From positions 22,142 through 86,141 of the forward strand of contig JAGLXN010000017.1 of the NCBI GenBank assembly GCA_023132875.1: DNA of 64,000 bases, in the 5' to 3' direction. Numbering within the stretch: position 1 is the stretch's first letter; each line of letters starts with the position of its first letter. The notes under the pieces were generated by a model. It was not told the origin of the DNA, searched no databases, and was given only the letters and a program-made list of their open reading frames with translations. The position numbers were made by a program, and so were the translations under genes. Shown piece by piece: positions 18,682 through 28,655 of the stretch. This DNA comes from Candidatus Parcubacteria bacterium (GTDB taxonomy: Bacteria; Patescibacteriota; Minisyncoccia; JAHIHE01; JAGLIN01).

Positions 18682-19035
18682 TTAAATAAACTTATTTATA
18701 AGTGCTCCAAATACTATAAGCGCTAAAGCGAAAATAAGCGAAAATAGTTTATTTATATTATGTTTAAAAACATCACGATCTGTTTCTTTTATTAAGTTTT
18801 TTAGCCCACCTTTTATTTTTAAATCTTTTTCAATTAACAATAAAAAAGTATCTGAAATCATCTCCCTCATTTTTGTTGCTTTTTCTGCTGTTTCACAAAG
18901 CGTGTCTGCTATTTTTTCGTTATTTCCAAACTTATCTTCTAATTGCTCAATCCTTTTCTTAACATTAATAATATCCTCACCATGTTTATCAAGGGATGTT
19001 GTTAGTTTATCTGGATCAAAATCATTCTTGGCCAT
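18682..19035 (-). CDS. Hypothetical tail-anchored protein
   Basis: 117 aa with a C-terminal TM segment. Confidence 0.4.
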   Translation of the reverse strand: MAKNDFDPDKLTTSLDKHGEDIINVKKRIEQLEDKFGNNEKIADTLCETAEKATKMREMISDTFLLLIEKDLKIKGGLKNLIKETDRDVFKHNINKLFSLIFALALIVFGALINKFI

Positions 19036-19061
19036 AAGGATTATTAATTAAGTTATTACTT

Positions 19062-19328
19062 TTATTCTGGTTTTTTTTTATCTTCAACAATAAGCCCCTC
19101 TCCTGGAATTAAAGCCTTTTTTTCATTTTTTTCTTGAATATAAAGAGTGCTATTTTCTGCTTGAACCATTACAGCAAGAGCAAATCTAAACACACCTTCT
19201 TTATCTTTAAATTTCCATTTTTCCTTAATCTTTTCAAGAACCGACAAATCACCATTATTTATATTAAATAGTAAACCTTCTAATTCTGCGATACTTTTAC
19301 TATCCTTTTTAATTTCATTTATTGCCAT
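19062..19328 (-). CDS. Hypothetical protein
   Basis: 88-aa ORF. Confidence 0.35.
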   Translation of the reverse strand: MAINEIKKDSKSIAELEGLLFNINNGDLSVLEKIKEKWKFKDKEGVFRFALAVMVQAENSTLYIQEKNEKKALIPGEGLIVEDKKKPE

Positions 19329-19459
19329 ATTTGTAATAAAATTAATTATTTATAAGCCAATAACCATGCAATAATTCTTACTAATTTCATTATAACACCT
19401 TTTGTAACACTTGACTATACAATTTTAACATTTTTATATTATTAGTCAATAATAATTAC

Positions 19460-19666
19460 TCATAAAAACATTTTCGCTCTTTTTTCTGCTTCTTTTGAAT
19501 TTAGTCTCAAATAAGAAAAAGCAGATATTGGATTGTTTTCGCTATGACCTAAAATAAATTGAATATCTTTAACTGTTCCGGATTTATCAAGAATATTATG
19601 AGCTTTTGCATGTCGGAATGAATGCGGGCTTATTTTTCTCTCAATCCCCGCTTCTCTGACAAATAT
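19460..19666 (-). pseudogene. Remnant of a tyrosine recombinase/integrase (C-terminal catalytic box only; no N-terminus, no start codon)
   Basis: Minus-strand translation VREAGIERKISPHSFRHAKAHNILDKSGTVKDIQFILGHSE... gives the HxxRH and LGH boxes; an upstream in-frame stop precedes it. Confidence 0.65.
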
Positions 19667-19731
19667 CTATATGAATAAACAATAATACCATTATATAGAT
19701 TTATTTATAATATATTTATCTAAAATAAAAA

Positions 19732-19758
19732 GTTGAGGTTTCATGTTTGAACCTCAAC
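19732..19758. terminator. Hairpin GTTGAGGTT-(9)-AACCTCAAC with flanking T/A runs
   Basis: Seen directly; overlaps the stop of ORF 19741..20160. Confidence 0.35.
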
Positions 19759-20160
19759 AGTTTTTTCTATCCCATATATTTTGGCAAGATCAAAGTACTC
19801 CCCATTAACCCAAAGCTTTACTGTCACATATATTATTTCGTCTCCAGGTATGTTAATAACATTTTCTAAATCACCATTATCATTTTTAGAAAACATTACT
19901 TCCATATGGACACTATTTTTATTAAGTATCTCCCCATAGGTTTTCCTAGTGCTAATTTCTGATATTTTAGCATGTATATTTTGGTTTTCAGAGAATTTAC
20001 CAGACACTTCTATAATAGAATACAACATTGTTCTATTGTCAGTTTTCTCAACTCTTATTGTAAGAGGAAGATCACTGAATTCCTCTTTGTATTTTATTGC
20101 ATCGTTGTTACTGTCTATCCATACCATTACCACGATTGCTAAAATTGCAATAATAGTCAC
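19741..20160 (-). CDS. Hypothetical membrane-anchored protein
   Basis: N-terminal TM segment, 139 aa. Confidence 0.4.
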   Translation of the reverse strand: MTIIAILAIVVMVWIDSNNDAIKYKEEFSDLPLTIRVEKTDNRTMLYSIIEVSGKFSENQNIHAKISEISTRKTYGEILNKNSVHMEVMFSKNDNGDLENVINIPGDEIIYVTVKLWVNGEYFDLAKIYGIEKTVEVQT

Positions 20161-20317
20161 TGCTCCAAGAATATTTTCTGTTTTCTTCTTAATAAGAATC
20201 CCTCCAGCATTAAGATTGTTTCATATATACAATCAATAATATACCAATAACATATTAAATAAAAAACGTCAATCCTATTAAAGTTAATTTAATTTAATAA
20301 ATCCTCCTCTGTAATAG

Positions 20318-21175
20318 TTATTTTTCTACTTCTTTACCTAACATCGCTTGTATTCTATTTTGTTCAACCACATATTCTATGGCTTTTCTGTGAATTTTCT
20401 CTTCAGTTGATTCAGTAATTCCTGCAATTACTTTTTTCTTTCTATCAATATATTCCTCTATCATTTCAAATAATTCTTCTTTATCTTCGTTTTTTTCAGC
20501 TAATTCATTTACATTATTCACCAACTTATTAAAATTCCTTTTTTCTTTTTCCGTAATTGTAAAATATAATATACTTTCTAAATTATTAATACTCGTAATT
20601 GCCTCGCTTTTTTCTTCTGATAATTTTTCTTTTGCAAAAATACCTTCTCTTTTTGTGTTGAAATCTTCTTTGTTAATTTCTTTTTGTTTTGTTATATCTT
20701 TTATTTTTGCTTCTATTTCTTCTTGTATCATTATTAATATTTCTGGATCTTCAATTTTTTCTATTAAGTTCTTCATATTATTCTTTTCTTCGTTTATTTG
20801 CGCGTCCTTTAATATTTTTCTAATTAATTCTTCCTTTTCTTCTACTTTCTGTTCTGAAAAATCATCTGCCATTTCTTCTTTTTTATTATAAGATTCTTTG
20901 AGATCATAATAATTGGCAATATTTTTTCTTGAATTTTTCATTTCTTTTATATAATCTTCTGCCTTATCTATATTACCAGAAAGTTCAATTCTATTAATCA
21001 TTTTTTCTATATCATATTTTTTCAATATTTCAAAATATTCAGCTTCTTTAATTATATTCTCTTTTTCTGATTCTTCTATTATTTTATCAATATCTTTTTC
21101 AGACGAACCACTACCGCCTTCAATATCAAAAGGATCTTCTTTCGGCATTTCATATTTTGGCATTTCATCGTTCAT
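20318..21175 (-). CDS. Hypothetical Glu/Lys-rich coiled-coil protein
   Basis: Low-complexity E/K-rich ORF. Confidence 0.4.
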   Translation of the reverse strand: MNDEMPKYEMPKEDPFDIEGGSGSSEKDIDKIIEESEKENIIKEAEYFEILKKYDIEKMINRIELSGNIDKAEDYIKEMKNSRKNIANYYDLKESYNKKEEMADDFSEQKVEEKEELIRKILKDAQINEEKNNMKNLIEKIEDPEILIMIQEEIEAKIKDITKQKEINKEDFNTKREGIFAKEKLSEEKSEAITSINNLESILYFTITEKEKRNFNKLVNNVNELAEKNEDKEELFEMIEEYIDRKKKVIAGITESTEEKIHRKAIEYVVEQNRIQAMLGKEVEK

Positions 21176-21197
21176 AATTTTTATATAAAAAATTAAT

Positions 21198-22181
21198 TTA
21201 TTTCAACTTAACATAATATTCAAAATAGGGATGTTTTTTAAAATATTCCAACTTTAATTTCCACTCCGGGTTTATGTCGCTCAATTTTTTTACTCTATCC
21301 CCTATCAATATCTTCGGATCTATAAATCTATTTTTCTTTTTCCACCTGTAATCATATTTATCTTTTTTAGGCACAACTCTTGTTTTGTGATAATCCAAGC
21401 TTTTCATTTTTTCTATAAGCTTATCTATGTCTTTATCTCTATTTTTTTCTATAATTTTTGTTATTTGCTCATCATTTTTTAAAAATAAGTCTTCTTTTTT
21501 TGCATATCCCCTATCAATAATTAACCCAATTATATCAGCAAGAATTTTGTGGTTCACGGTCCAAAAAACCGAAGACCAGACATTTTTATTTAAATTGTAA
21601 TAATGATTCGCGAAAAGATTTGCAAAAAAAGAATTATTAAAAACAAATTCCCTGTTTTTAATAACTAAAGAATCAGTAACTTTTCTTATAAGCTGAGGAT
21701 TCATTCCAAGCGGATCTCTCAGCATATAGTCAATTCTATCTGCCGCTATATCCGGAAGCTCTTTATCAAGCATAGTATGGCCGCAATTATTTACAATTTT
21801 TACAAGATCATATCTGCTCTTTTTTAAAACCCTGCCTATATTAGAGTCGGAAATTTTTTCAAGCAAAATACTGTCTGCGTATTCTTCATTTCCATCATCA
21901 GCAAAAACTATGTCCAAAACATGAGAAAAGGCTCCATGCGATATATCATGCAAGAGACCGGCCAGGCGCTCTTCTTCGTTTGCTCTAAACTTTTTCAACA
22001 GATAGTAAACTCCGACACTATGCTCAAATCTATTGAACTCTATTCCAAATAAAAAGGAATGCTTGAAAATTCCAAATTGAGAAATTTTCTTCATTCTCTG
22101 AAAATCTTTATCTAGAATAATTTCTTCGATCAACTTATCTTTAATTTCAATTTCTCCCCAAATTTTATCTTTTATAATCAT
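21198..22181 (-). CDS. HD-domain metal-dependent phosphohydrolase
   Basis: H...LLHDISHGAFSH motif. Confidence 0.65.
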   Translation of the reverse strand: MIIKDKIWGEIEIKDKLIEEIILDKDFQRMKKISQFGIFKHSFLFGIEFNRFEHSVGVYYLLKKFRANEEERLAGLLHDISHGAFSHVLDIVFADDGNEEYADSILLEKISDSNIGRVLKKSRYDLVKIVNNCGHTMLDKELPDIAADRIDYMLRDPLGMNPQLIRKVTDSLVIKNREFVFNNSFFANLFANHYYNLNKNVWSSVFWTVNHKILADIIGLIIDRGYAKKEDLFLKNDEQITKIIEKNRDKDIDKLIEKMKSLDYHKTRVVPKKDKYDYRWKKKNRFIDPKILIGDRVKKLSDINPEWKLKLEYFKKHPYFEYYVKLK

Positions 22182-22183
22182 TT

Positions 22184-23791
22184 TTAATATATCTTATCCC
22201 TTTCTTCTTTTATGTAATAAATCCACTCTTCAAAAACTTCCACAAAAGTTTTAAATGGAGCTTCAATTATGAAATCAAAAATAAAAACAAATACATTTAT
22301 ATTTGAAAGTTTTGTTGAAAGCCATTGTCCCATTCGCAAAATAGGAATCGAAAAAAGGTCCGTTGCGAATGTTATAATCCCCTCTTTCCTTTTAACAACT
22401 ACAAGCTCTCGCGCGTTCTGGCGTATTCTTATTCCAAAATAGCTCACAACGCTTAAAAAGAACAAGAACAGTCCGATGCTCATTATATTAAAATGCAATT
22501 GCTTGAGAAGAAAAATTATAATTCCAAAAGAAGCAAAAAACACTATGACATAAAAAAACTTAAATATTTTGTAAAAAAATGAGCTCCTATGTAAAATTCC
22601 TTTCATTATAAAAGGAGAGCTCGCGTATTTTCCATAGACCATTTCTTTAATTCCCTGCACTATAAGTTCCGTGTTTCTTTTACTCGGAACTTTAATGGTT
22701 ACAACAACTAAGAACATTAAAAGCGGCGGAAATATAATATTTATTCCAAGCGCGATATAATTTATATGGCCAATAATGTATTTATCAAATGGAAGTTCTA
22801 AAATAAACGCGAGGACCATCTTGGTTGTAAAAATATAAATTATACTTCTAATGGCGGCTCTCTTTAATTTTGTTTTTGCTTCCTTGTATTTTTTTACGCA
22901 AGATTCTTTTATCGCATCTTCAATATGAAGATGATGTGAAAATATCTTGTCTATATTATTTATATTTTTCCGGACCGCGTCTTCCATAATAGTAAAATAA
23001 GCAAGATTTTTCTTAACAAATTTTGAAAAATTCTCTCCCAATGGATCATTGATTTGTTTTTCTATATCTCCAATAAATACGTTTATATTCTTAGCCATAT
23101 TTATTATTAATTCTTCTGACGGAGCAAAAAACCATTCGGGGTGCTTTCTTTCAAATAATCTATATTCAATTAAAGACAAGTCGGACTTTATTAGATTGCG
23201 AAGCACCGCAATGTATATTTGAATTTTTCTATCTTCTTCGCTCATTAATTTTTCCGGAACTTTCAGTTTTTCATCAATTATTTTTTGAGCAAATTCAATT
23301 ATTGCGTTTTCTTTTTTATAAGGAGCTATTTTTTCTTCTATTTCACAAGCGGCAATTCCAATTATCCAATTGAATAAATATTCATTATCAATATTGTTTT
23401 CCTTTACGGCTTCTGGGATATTATTTATTAGTAAAGTATATTTTTCAATTATTTCTTTTATTTCTTCTATTCTTTTCTCTGGAATTTTTTCATTAGGCAG
23501 ATATCTTGCTCTTATCAATTCATTAATTAAAAACTTTGAAACATCAAGTTCATTTTTTTCCGTCATCAATCTTCTTTTTAGTATCCTTTCAATCGCGATT
23601 TTTCTAAGAAGATGCTCCTCTTGATAATCTACTGCATTTCTTAATTTCTCATACAAAAAAGCAACCTTACTTGAAACTTGATGAACTTTTACCTTTTCCT
23701 CGTCCGTCTCATTGTAAGTTTTTTCCAGATTTATAGCATCTTTATAATCTCTTATGAATTTTTCCGCTATTTCTGAGGCTTTTTTAGACAT
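22184..23791 (-). CDS. Hypothetical protein with C-terminal multi-TM domain
   Basis: 535 aa; hydrophobic helices in the C-terminal half. Confidence 0.45.
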   Translation of the reverse strand: MSKKASEIAEKFIRDYKDAINLEKTYNETDEEKVKVHQVSSKVAFLYEKLRNAVDYQEEHLLRKIAIERILKRRLMTEKNELDVSKFLINELIRARYLPNEKIPEKRIEEIKEIIEKYTLLINNIPEAVKENNIDNEYLFNWIIGIAACEIEEKIAPYKKENAIIEFAQKIIDEKLKVPEKLMSEEDRKIQIYIAVLRNLIKSDLSLIEYRLFERKHPEWFFAPSEELIINMAKNINVFIGDIEKQINDPLGENFSKFVKKNLAYFTIMEDAVRKNINNIDKIFSHHLHIEDAIKESCVKKYKEAKTKLKRAAIRSIIYIFTTKMVLAFILELPFDKYIIGHINYIALGINIIFPPLLMFLVVVTIKVPSKRNTELIVQGIKEMVYGKYASSPFIMKGILHRSSFFYKIFKFFYVIVFFASFGIIIFLLKQLHFNIMSIGLFLFFLSVVSYFGIRIRQNARELVVVKRKEGIITFATDLFSIPILRMGQWLSTKLSNINVFVFIFDFIIEAPFKTFVEVFEEWIYYIKEERDKIY

Positions 23792-23955
23792 AAAATGAAT
23801 ATTATAGTATTATAGAGTTATATTAGCCTGTTGATTGTGTTCGGTCAATAGGGCTGAAATAAAAGATTTTGTGAAGAATTATATGCTAATTCTTCGAAAT
23901 AAAACAAGTTTGAGATTTATATGGACAGGAATGTTCTAATTGTTAAGATCATATT

Positions 23956-24477
23956 ATGGAAATAATTACATCAATTATTATATTTCTTGCGATGTTAATA
24001 TTAATCCCATTAATGGGATTATTTATGGGACTAATTGCTTTAACCACATTAAATTCATTCGCATGGCTGTATGTTGCTGTGTTGGGATCACTTTTTGCTA
24101 TTCAAATTAAAATTCCAAAAAATATTCGCAATATCACAATAATAGCTTTGTCATTAGGAATCATAATGATATGGATATCATTATTTACTTCATATCAAAG
24201 ATTACCAGATGCTAATAGTCTAAGCAAACCGATAGCAACAGGAGGATTCCCAATTACAGTATTTGAATATCCGCCAGGCGCGTTAGGTAATAATAACCCT
24301 CCGATTGATAGCTGGGGATTATTTTATCTAAATCTAGTCTTTTGGATAATTGTTGGAACTGGCATTGCCATACTATTGCGTAAACACTTGAATAAGCGAA
24401 TATCCTATATCTTTCTTACTATGAGTATTATAATATCAATATATGGACTTGGATATATACTTATAAAATTTGACTAA
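23956..24477 (+). CDS. Hypothetical polytopic membrane protein
   Basis: 173 aa, 4-5 TM segments. Confidence 0.45.
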   Translation: MEIITSIIIFLAMLILIPLMGLFMGLIALTTLNSFAWLYVAVLGSLFAIQIKIPKNIRNITIIALSLGIIMIWISLFTSYQRLPDANSLSKPIATGGFPITVFEYPPGALGNNNPPIDSWGLFYLNLVFWIIVGTGIAILLRKHLNKRISYIFLTMSIIISIYGLGYILIKFD

Positions 24478-24573
24478 TTTACTATGAAAATATTCTTTTG
24501 GAACTTACGACAGAAAGAAAAAATGAGCTTAAAAATATTAGGCGAGATTTCTAATCATTAAAAAACAATTATC

Positions 24574-24741
24574 ATGCTTAGAGCAGTATGGATATTATTA
24601 TTAATCGCACTTAACGGAGCGTTAGTTATAATAATTCCTATAGCTATAATTTATCGTATAATAAAAAAGTGTTGGCCGAATTGGAAAATACTAGCAATCA
24701 CAGGATCTATCGGCGGAATTATCGCCGTATTCTTTTTGTAA
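24574..24741 (+). CDS. Possible small membrane protein (55 aa), below the ORF-track size cutoff
   Basis: ATG at 24574, stop at 24739; hydrophobic. Confidence 0.25.
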   Translation: MLRAVWILLLIALNGALVIIIPIAIIYRIIKKCWPNWKILAITGSIGGIIAVFFL

Positions 24742-24814
24742 TTGTTTTTTTAAAATAATTGACAAATTTTTGCGGGAACTGTTTTGTAAACAGTTCCAGA
24801 TGTTTCCAATAAAA

Positions 24815-24843
24815 GTAGGGACGGGTTTCAAACCCGTCCCTAC
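24815..24843 (-). terminator. Perfect 13-bp stem hairpin GTAGGGACGGGTT-tca-AACCCGTCCCTAC downstream of thiI
   Basis: Seen directly; U-run on the minus transcript. Confidence 0.6.
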
Positions 24844-24905
24844 GATAAAACAAAAGGGATAGATTGTAAATTCGCTCCCATGAAATAATTCTCTGAATTT
24901 TCTAA

Positions 24906-26180
24906 TTAGATCACTTCTGGTTTTATTTCAGCCATAATTCTTTCTGCAATTTCGTCAATCTTCAAATTTTCCTCTTGTTTAATAATATCTCTAAGCTTAG
25001 CTTTTGTTTCCGGATGTTTGGCAATTAAGAAACTGCAACAGTCCTGATATGGAAGAATTGATATTTCATAAGTTTTTATTTTTACAGCCAAATCAATAAT
25101 TTCCTGTTTATTCATCCCGATCAGCGGCGGGAATATTGGCAAGTTAGCGGAATTATAAATAACGCCAATGTTATCAAGCGTCTGCGAAGCGACCTGGCTT
25201 AAGCTATCACCAGTCACAAATCCTTTCGCTTTTTCTTTTTTGGCGATCATTTCCGCCAGTTCAAACATTATTCTCCTATAAATAATCATTCTGTTTTTTG
25301 CTGGAATTTTAGCAATAATTTCCTTTTGAAATTCTTCAAACGGAATTATATATAACTTTGATCTTCCCTGAAAACGGCTTAGTTTTTTAACTAAGCTTTT
25401 TATTTTATCATCGCCAGTATTATTGATAATCTTATTTTTAAAATGGACAAAAACAATTTTCGCTCCTCTCTTCATCATCATATAGCTTGCCACTGGACTG
25501 TCTATCCCACCAGAAAGCAAACTTACTAATTTCCCTGCCGTACCAACTGGCAGTCCGCCAATTCCCTTTATTTTTTCAAAATATATATAGCAATACTTAT
25601 GTCCTATATCTACGACTATTTCTATATCGGGATTATGAACATTAACTTTTAATTCTGTATTTTCCAAAACGGACTCCCCTACTCTAGCATTTATTTCCGG
25701 CGATTTAAATTCAAATTTTTTATCAGATCTTCTTGCTTCTATTTTAAAAGTTTTTATTTTGCCATTCTGATGGTTCGACAGGCTCACCATGACATTATCG
25801 TCATCCTGAGCTTGTCGAAGGATTGTCTTCTCATTCTCTTTTATATATAATCTCAAAAACTCAACTGTCTTTTTATTTATTTTTTCTAAATCTTTTTTTT
25901 CCGAAACCGCAAAATAGAAATTTGAAATCCCTGGAATATTTTCTAAGACCTCTTTTGTTTTTTCTAAATCAGTATTCTTATTTATTTCTATAATAATTTT
26001 CCCTCCGTCTTTATAAATTTTATCATATTTTATATTCTCTAAAAATTCTTTTATATTGCTAATCAACACACGCTCAAAAAAGGGACGATTTCCTCCCTTT
26101 AATGTAATCTCATCGTAATGGATTATTATGTGATTATATATATGAGTATACATAAGAATAATTATAATTATAGTTTCCAA
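24906..26180 (-). CDS. thiI: tRNA 4-thiouridine synthase ThiI (THUMP + PP-loop)
   Basis: PP-loop LSGGIDSPVASY; carries an in-frame family B repeat. Confidence 0.8.
   Translation of the reverse strand: METIIIIILMYTHIYNHIIIHYDEITLKGGNRPFFERVLISNIKEFLENIKYDKIYKDGGKIIIEINKNTDLEKTKEVLENIPGISNFYFAVSEKKDLEKINKKTVEFLRLYIKENEKTILRQAQDDDNVMVSLSNHQNGKIKTFKIEARRSDKKFEFKSPEINARVGESVLENTELKVNVHNPDIEIVVDIGHKYCYIYFEKIKGIGGLPVGTAGKLVSLLSGGIDSPVASYMMMKRGAKIVFVHFKNKIINNTGDDKIKSLVKKLSRFQGRSKLYIIPFEEFQKEIIAKIPAKNRMIIYRRIMFELAEMIAKKEKAKGFVTGDSLSQVASQTLDNIGVIYNSANLPIFPPLIGMNKQEIIDLAVKIKTYEISILPYQDCCSFLIAKHPETKAKLRDIIKQEENLKIDEIAERIMAEIKPEVI
25799..25827. repeat. Repeat family B-like hairpin CGTCATCCTGAGCTTGTCGAAGGATTGTC in-frame inside thiI
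   Basis: GC-rich relative to flanks; encodes RQAQDDD on the minus strand. Confidence 0.5.
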
Positions 26181-26280
26181 TGCTTATAGACACTTTCTTA
26201 CAATTGTGAGAAAGTGTCTATACTTAATTAAAAATTTGCTTTTGAAAAATATTAAAAATTAGAAATTAGAAATTTATCCA

Positions 26281-27459
26281 TTATATCCCTGAAATCTCTC
26301 TCAATTTTTTTACTTTCTCAACCAAAACTTTTAAAACAAAATCAATATTTTCTTTCGTCGCATCTTTTCCTAGGGTAAATCTTATGCTTGAATGCGATAA
26401 TTCAGGAGAAATTCCCATTGCCATTAAGACATGGGAAGGTTCTAAAGAAGGAGATGAGCAGGCAGAACCGGTAGAAACCGCTATCCCTTCCTGATCAAGC
26501 ATTATAAGCAAGCTTTCACCTTCAATTCCCTTAAAACTTATATTGGCGTTATGCGGCAAACGAAATTCTTTTGAACCATTAAGCCTTGTGTCCGGGATAT
26601 TTTTTAAAATCTCAGCAATAAAATAATCACGGAGTTTTTTTATTTCTTCTATTTTTTTTCTGTTTTTAGAAACTAGAGAAATAGTTTTTCCAAGTCCGAC
26701 AATTCCCGGCACATTGTGAGTTCCAGCACGGAGATTATATTCCTGTTCTCCCCCCTGCTGAATAGATTTTATTTTAGTTCCTTGTCTAACATATAAAGCT
26801 CCAACTCCTTTTGGCCCGTAAATCTTATGTCCCGAGATAGAAAGCAGATCAACGCCTAAATTATCAACATTGCAGTCAAGATAATTTACCGCCTGCACCG
26901 CGTCAATGTGAAAATATATCTTTGGCAGTTTATTTTTTTCTCTTTCTGAATTTATTTTTTTTAACATCTCCCCCATCTCGGCAATCGGCTCTATAGTTCC
27001 GACTTCATTGTTCGCATACATAATTGAAATCAAAATCGTGTTTTCTTTAATCGCTTTTTTAAAATCTTTCACACTTACCAACCCATTTCCGTTCACTTTT
27101 AAATAAGTTACTTCACTCCCTTCTTTCTCTACTGCCTTGCAAGAATTTAAAACACAATGATGTTCAATAGAGGAAGTAATTATATGGGGATTTTTAATAT
27201 TGCTTGCTTTTATTATTCCTTTTATTGTCATATTATTGCTCTCTGTCGCACCGCTTGTAAAAATAATTTCACTTGAATTACAACCCAAAAAATCAGCAAC
27301 TTGCTTCCGCGCTTTATCAATTGCTTCCGCCGCCTCTTGACCAAATTGATGAATGCTTGATGGATTACCAAATTTTTGGCTAAAATAAGGCATCATTTCA
27401 TTTAAAACTTCTTCATCTGTCGGCGTAGTCGCCGCATAATCTAAATATATTTTTTTCAT
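26281..27459 (-). CDS. iscS: Cysteine desulfurase (IscS/NifS class V aminotransferase)
   Basis: PLP-lysine region SGHKIYGPKGVGALYV; next to thiI. Confidence 0.8.
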   Translation of the reverse strand: MKKIYLDYAATTPTDEEVLNEMMPYFSQKFGNPSSIHQFGQEAAEAIDKARKQVADFLGCNSSEIIFTSGATESNNMTIKGIIKASNIKNPHIITSSIEHHCVLNSCKAVEKEGSEVTYLKVNGNGLVSVKDFKKAIKENTILISIMYANNEVGTIEPIAEMGEMLKKINSEREKNKLPKIYFHIDAVQAVNYLDCNVDNLGVDLLSISGHKIYGPKGVGALYVRQGTKIKSIQQGGEQEYNLRAGTHNVPGIVGLGKTISLVSKNRKKIEEIKKLRDYFIAEILKNIPDTRLNGSKEFRLPHNANISFKGIEGESLLIMLDQEGIAVSTGSACSSPSLEPSHVLMAMGISPELSHSSIRFTLGKDATKENIDFVLKVLVEKVKKLREISGI

Positions 27460-27487
27460 TGATAATTATTTTAAGAGGTAAAATTTT

Positions 27488-27518
27488 TGTCATTCTCGCG
27501 GATGCGGGAATCCAGGAG
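27488..27518. repeat. Repeat family B hairpin TGTCATTCTCGCGGATGCGGGAATCCAGGAG
   Basis: Imperfect palindrome ATTCTCGC/GCGGGAAT. Confidence 0.55.
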
Positions 27519-27549
27519 AAAAATCGTATAGCTTAATTATTTTTTTATA

Positions 27550-27999
27550 TTAGTTATTTATTTTCTCCCATTTTCTAATTACTTCTAAAGAAGAATCTCT
27601 AAGACTTTTTATTTGAATAAAATTTATTTCCTCTTGAAAAGTTTTAATAATTTCTTGATTTCTTTTATTACTTTCAAAATATTCCAAAGAAACAGACTGT
27701 TTATCGCAAGCAAAAATAATTTTTCTAATTCCAGCCCAGTAAGCAACTGTTAAACACATTAAACACGGTTCCAAAGAACTATACAATACACAGCTCTCAA
27801 GAGAGTTTTTCAATTTACTAAACGCTTTGTCAATTGCTTTTAATTCAGCATGTTTATAGTCTGGATAGACAGTGCTTATTTCAGATGATATAATTTTCCC
27901 ATTTTTTACAATAATTGCTCCGACAGGAAAAAATCCTTTTAAAAAAGATTCTTCTGATTTTTTTATTGCTGATTTTAAGTATTTAATATTTTCTTTCAT
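27550..27999 (-). CDS. CMP/dCMP-type zinc deaminase (TadA-like nucleoside/tRNA deaminase)
   Basis: HAE...PCxxC zinc-binding motif. Confidence 0.65.
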   Translation of the reverse strand: MKENIKYLKSAIKKSEESFLKGFFPVGAIIVKNGKIISSEISTVYPDYKHAELKAIDKAFSKLKNSLESCVLYSSLEPCLMCLTVAYWAGIRKIIFACDKQSVSLEYFESNKRNQEIIKTFQEEINFIQIKSLRDSSLEVIRKWEKINN

Positions 28000-28011
28000 T
28001 TTAAATTATTC

Positions 28012-28494
28012 CTATATTTTTAAAACTCCCAAACTCAACCCCGTCACAATCACGCCGGCAATCATTACTCCTAAAGAAATAAGAGGAAAAGCTTTTTTAA
28101 ACGGAATACCGAAAACAAAAGCAGCGAGAGCACCGCTCCAGCCGCCTGTGATAGGAAGCGGAATGGCAACGAAAGTTATCAGCGCCAGCGCTCCCCATTT
28201 TTCAAATTTTCCGTTATGTTTTTTTCTTGTATGTTCAAAAAGATAAATGAAAAATTTATTGAAAAATTCACACTTGGACATTAAATATTTTGAAACCGGT
28301 TCAATGTATTTTAAAATAAAAATTACGGGAATAATATTTCCGATAACTGCTAAAAAATATGCTTCAATTGGATTTAAATGATAAATACCGATAGCTACGG
28401 GAATAGCACCTCTTAATTCTGAAATGGGAAGCATTGAGATTATAAATGTAGCTATTTCTGGAGGAAAGTTATTAAAAAAAACTGTTAAATCCAT
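28012..28494 (-). CDS. Small membrane protein (COG2426 / small multidrug export-like)
   Basis: 4 TM; LPISELRGAIP motif. Confidence 0.4.
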   Translation of the reverse strand: MDLTVFFNNFPPEIATFIISMLPISELRGAIPVAIGIYHLNPIEAYFLAVIGNIIPVIFILKYIEPVSKYLMSKCEFFNKFFIYLFEHTRKKHNGKFEKWGALALITFVAIPLPITGGWSGALAAFVFGIPFKKAFPLISLGVMIAGVIVTGLSLGVLKI

Positions 28495-28499
28495 AAATT

Positions 28500-28600
28500 A
28501 ATAGTAATTAATTGTAACTTATTGTAATTGATAGTAATTTGTTGTAGAAAAAACTACAATTAATTACTATTAATTACGTGAAGCGAGTTTCCATAAGTTT
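28500..28600. repeat. Imperfect palindrome built from AATTGTA-type units (TAATAGTAATTAATTGTAAC ... CTACAATTAATTACTATTAATTAC)
   Basis: Seen directly. Confidence 0.5.
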
Positions 28601-28655
28601 CTTTACGCAAACAAAATATTTTTTATTGTTTTAATTGTACTGCGCAAGTTATCAA

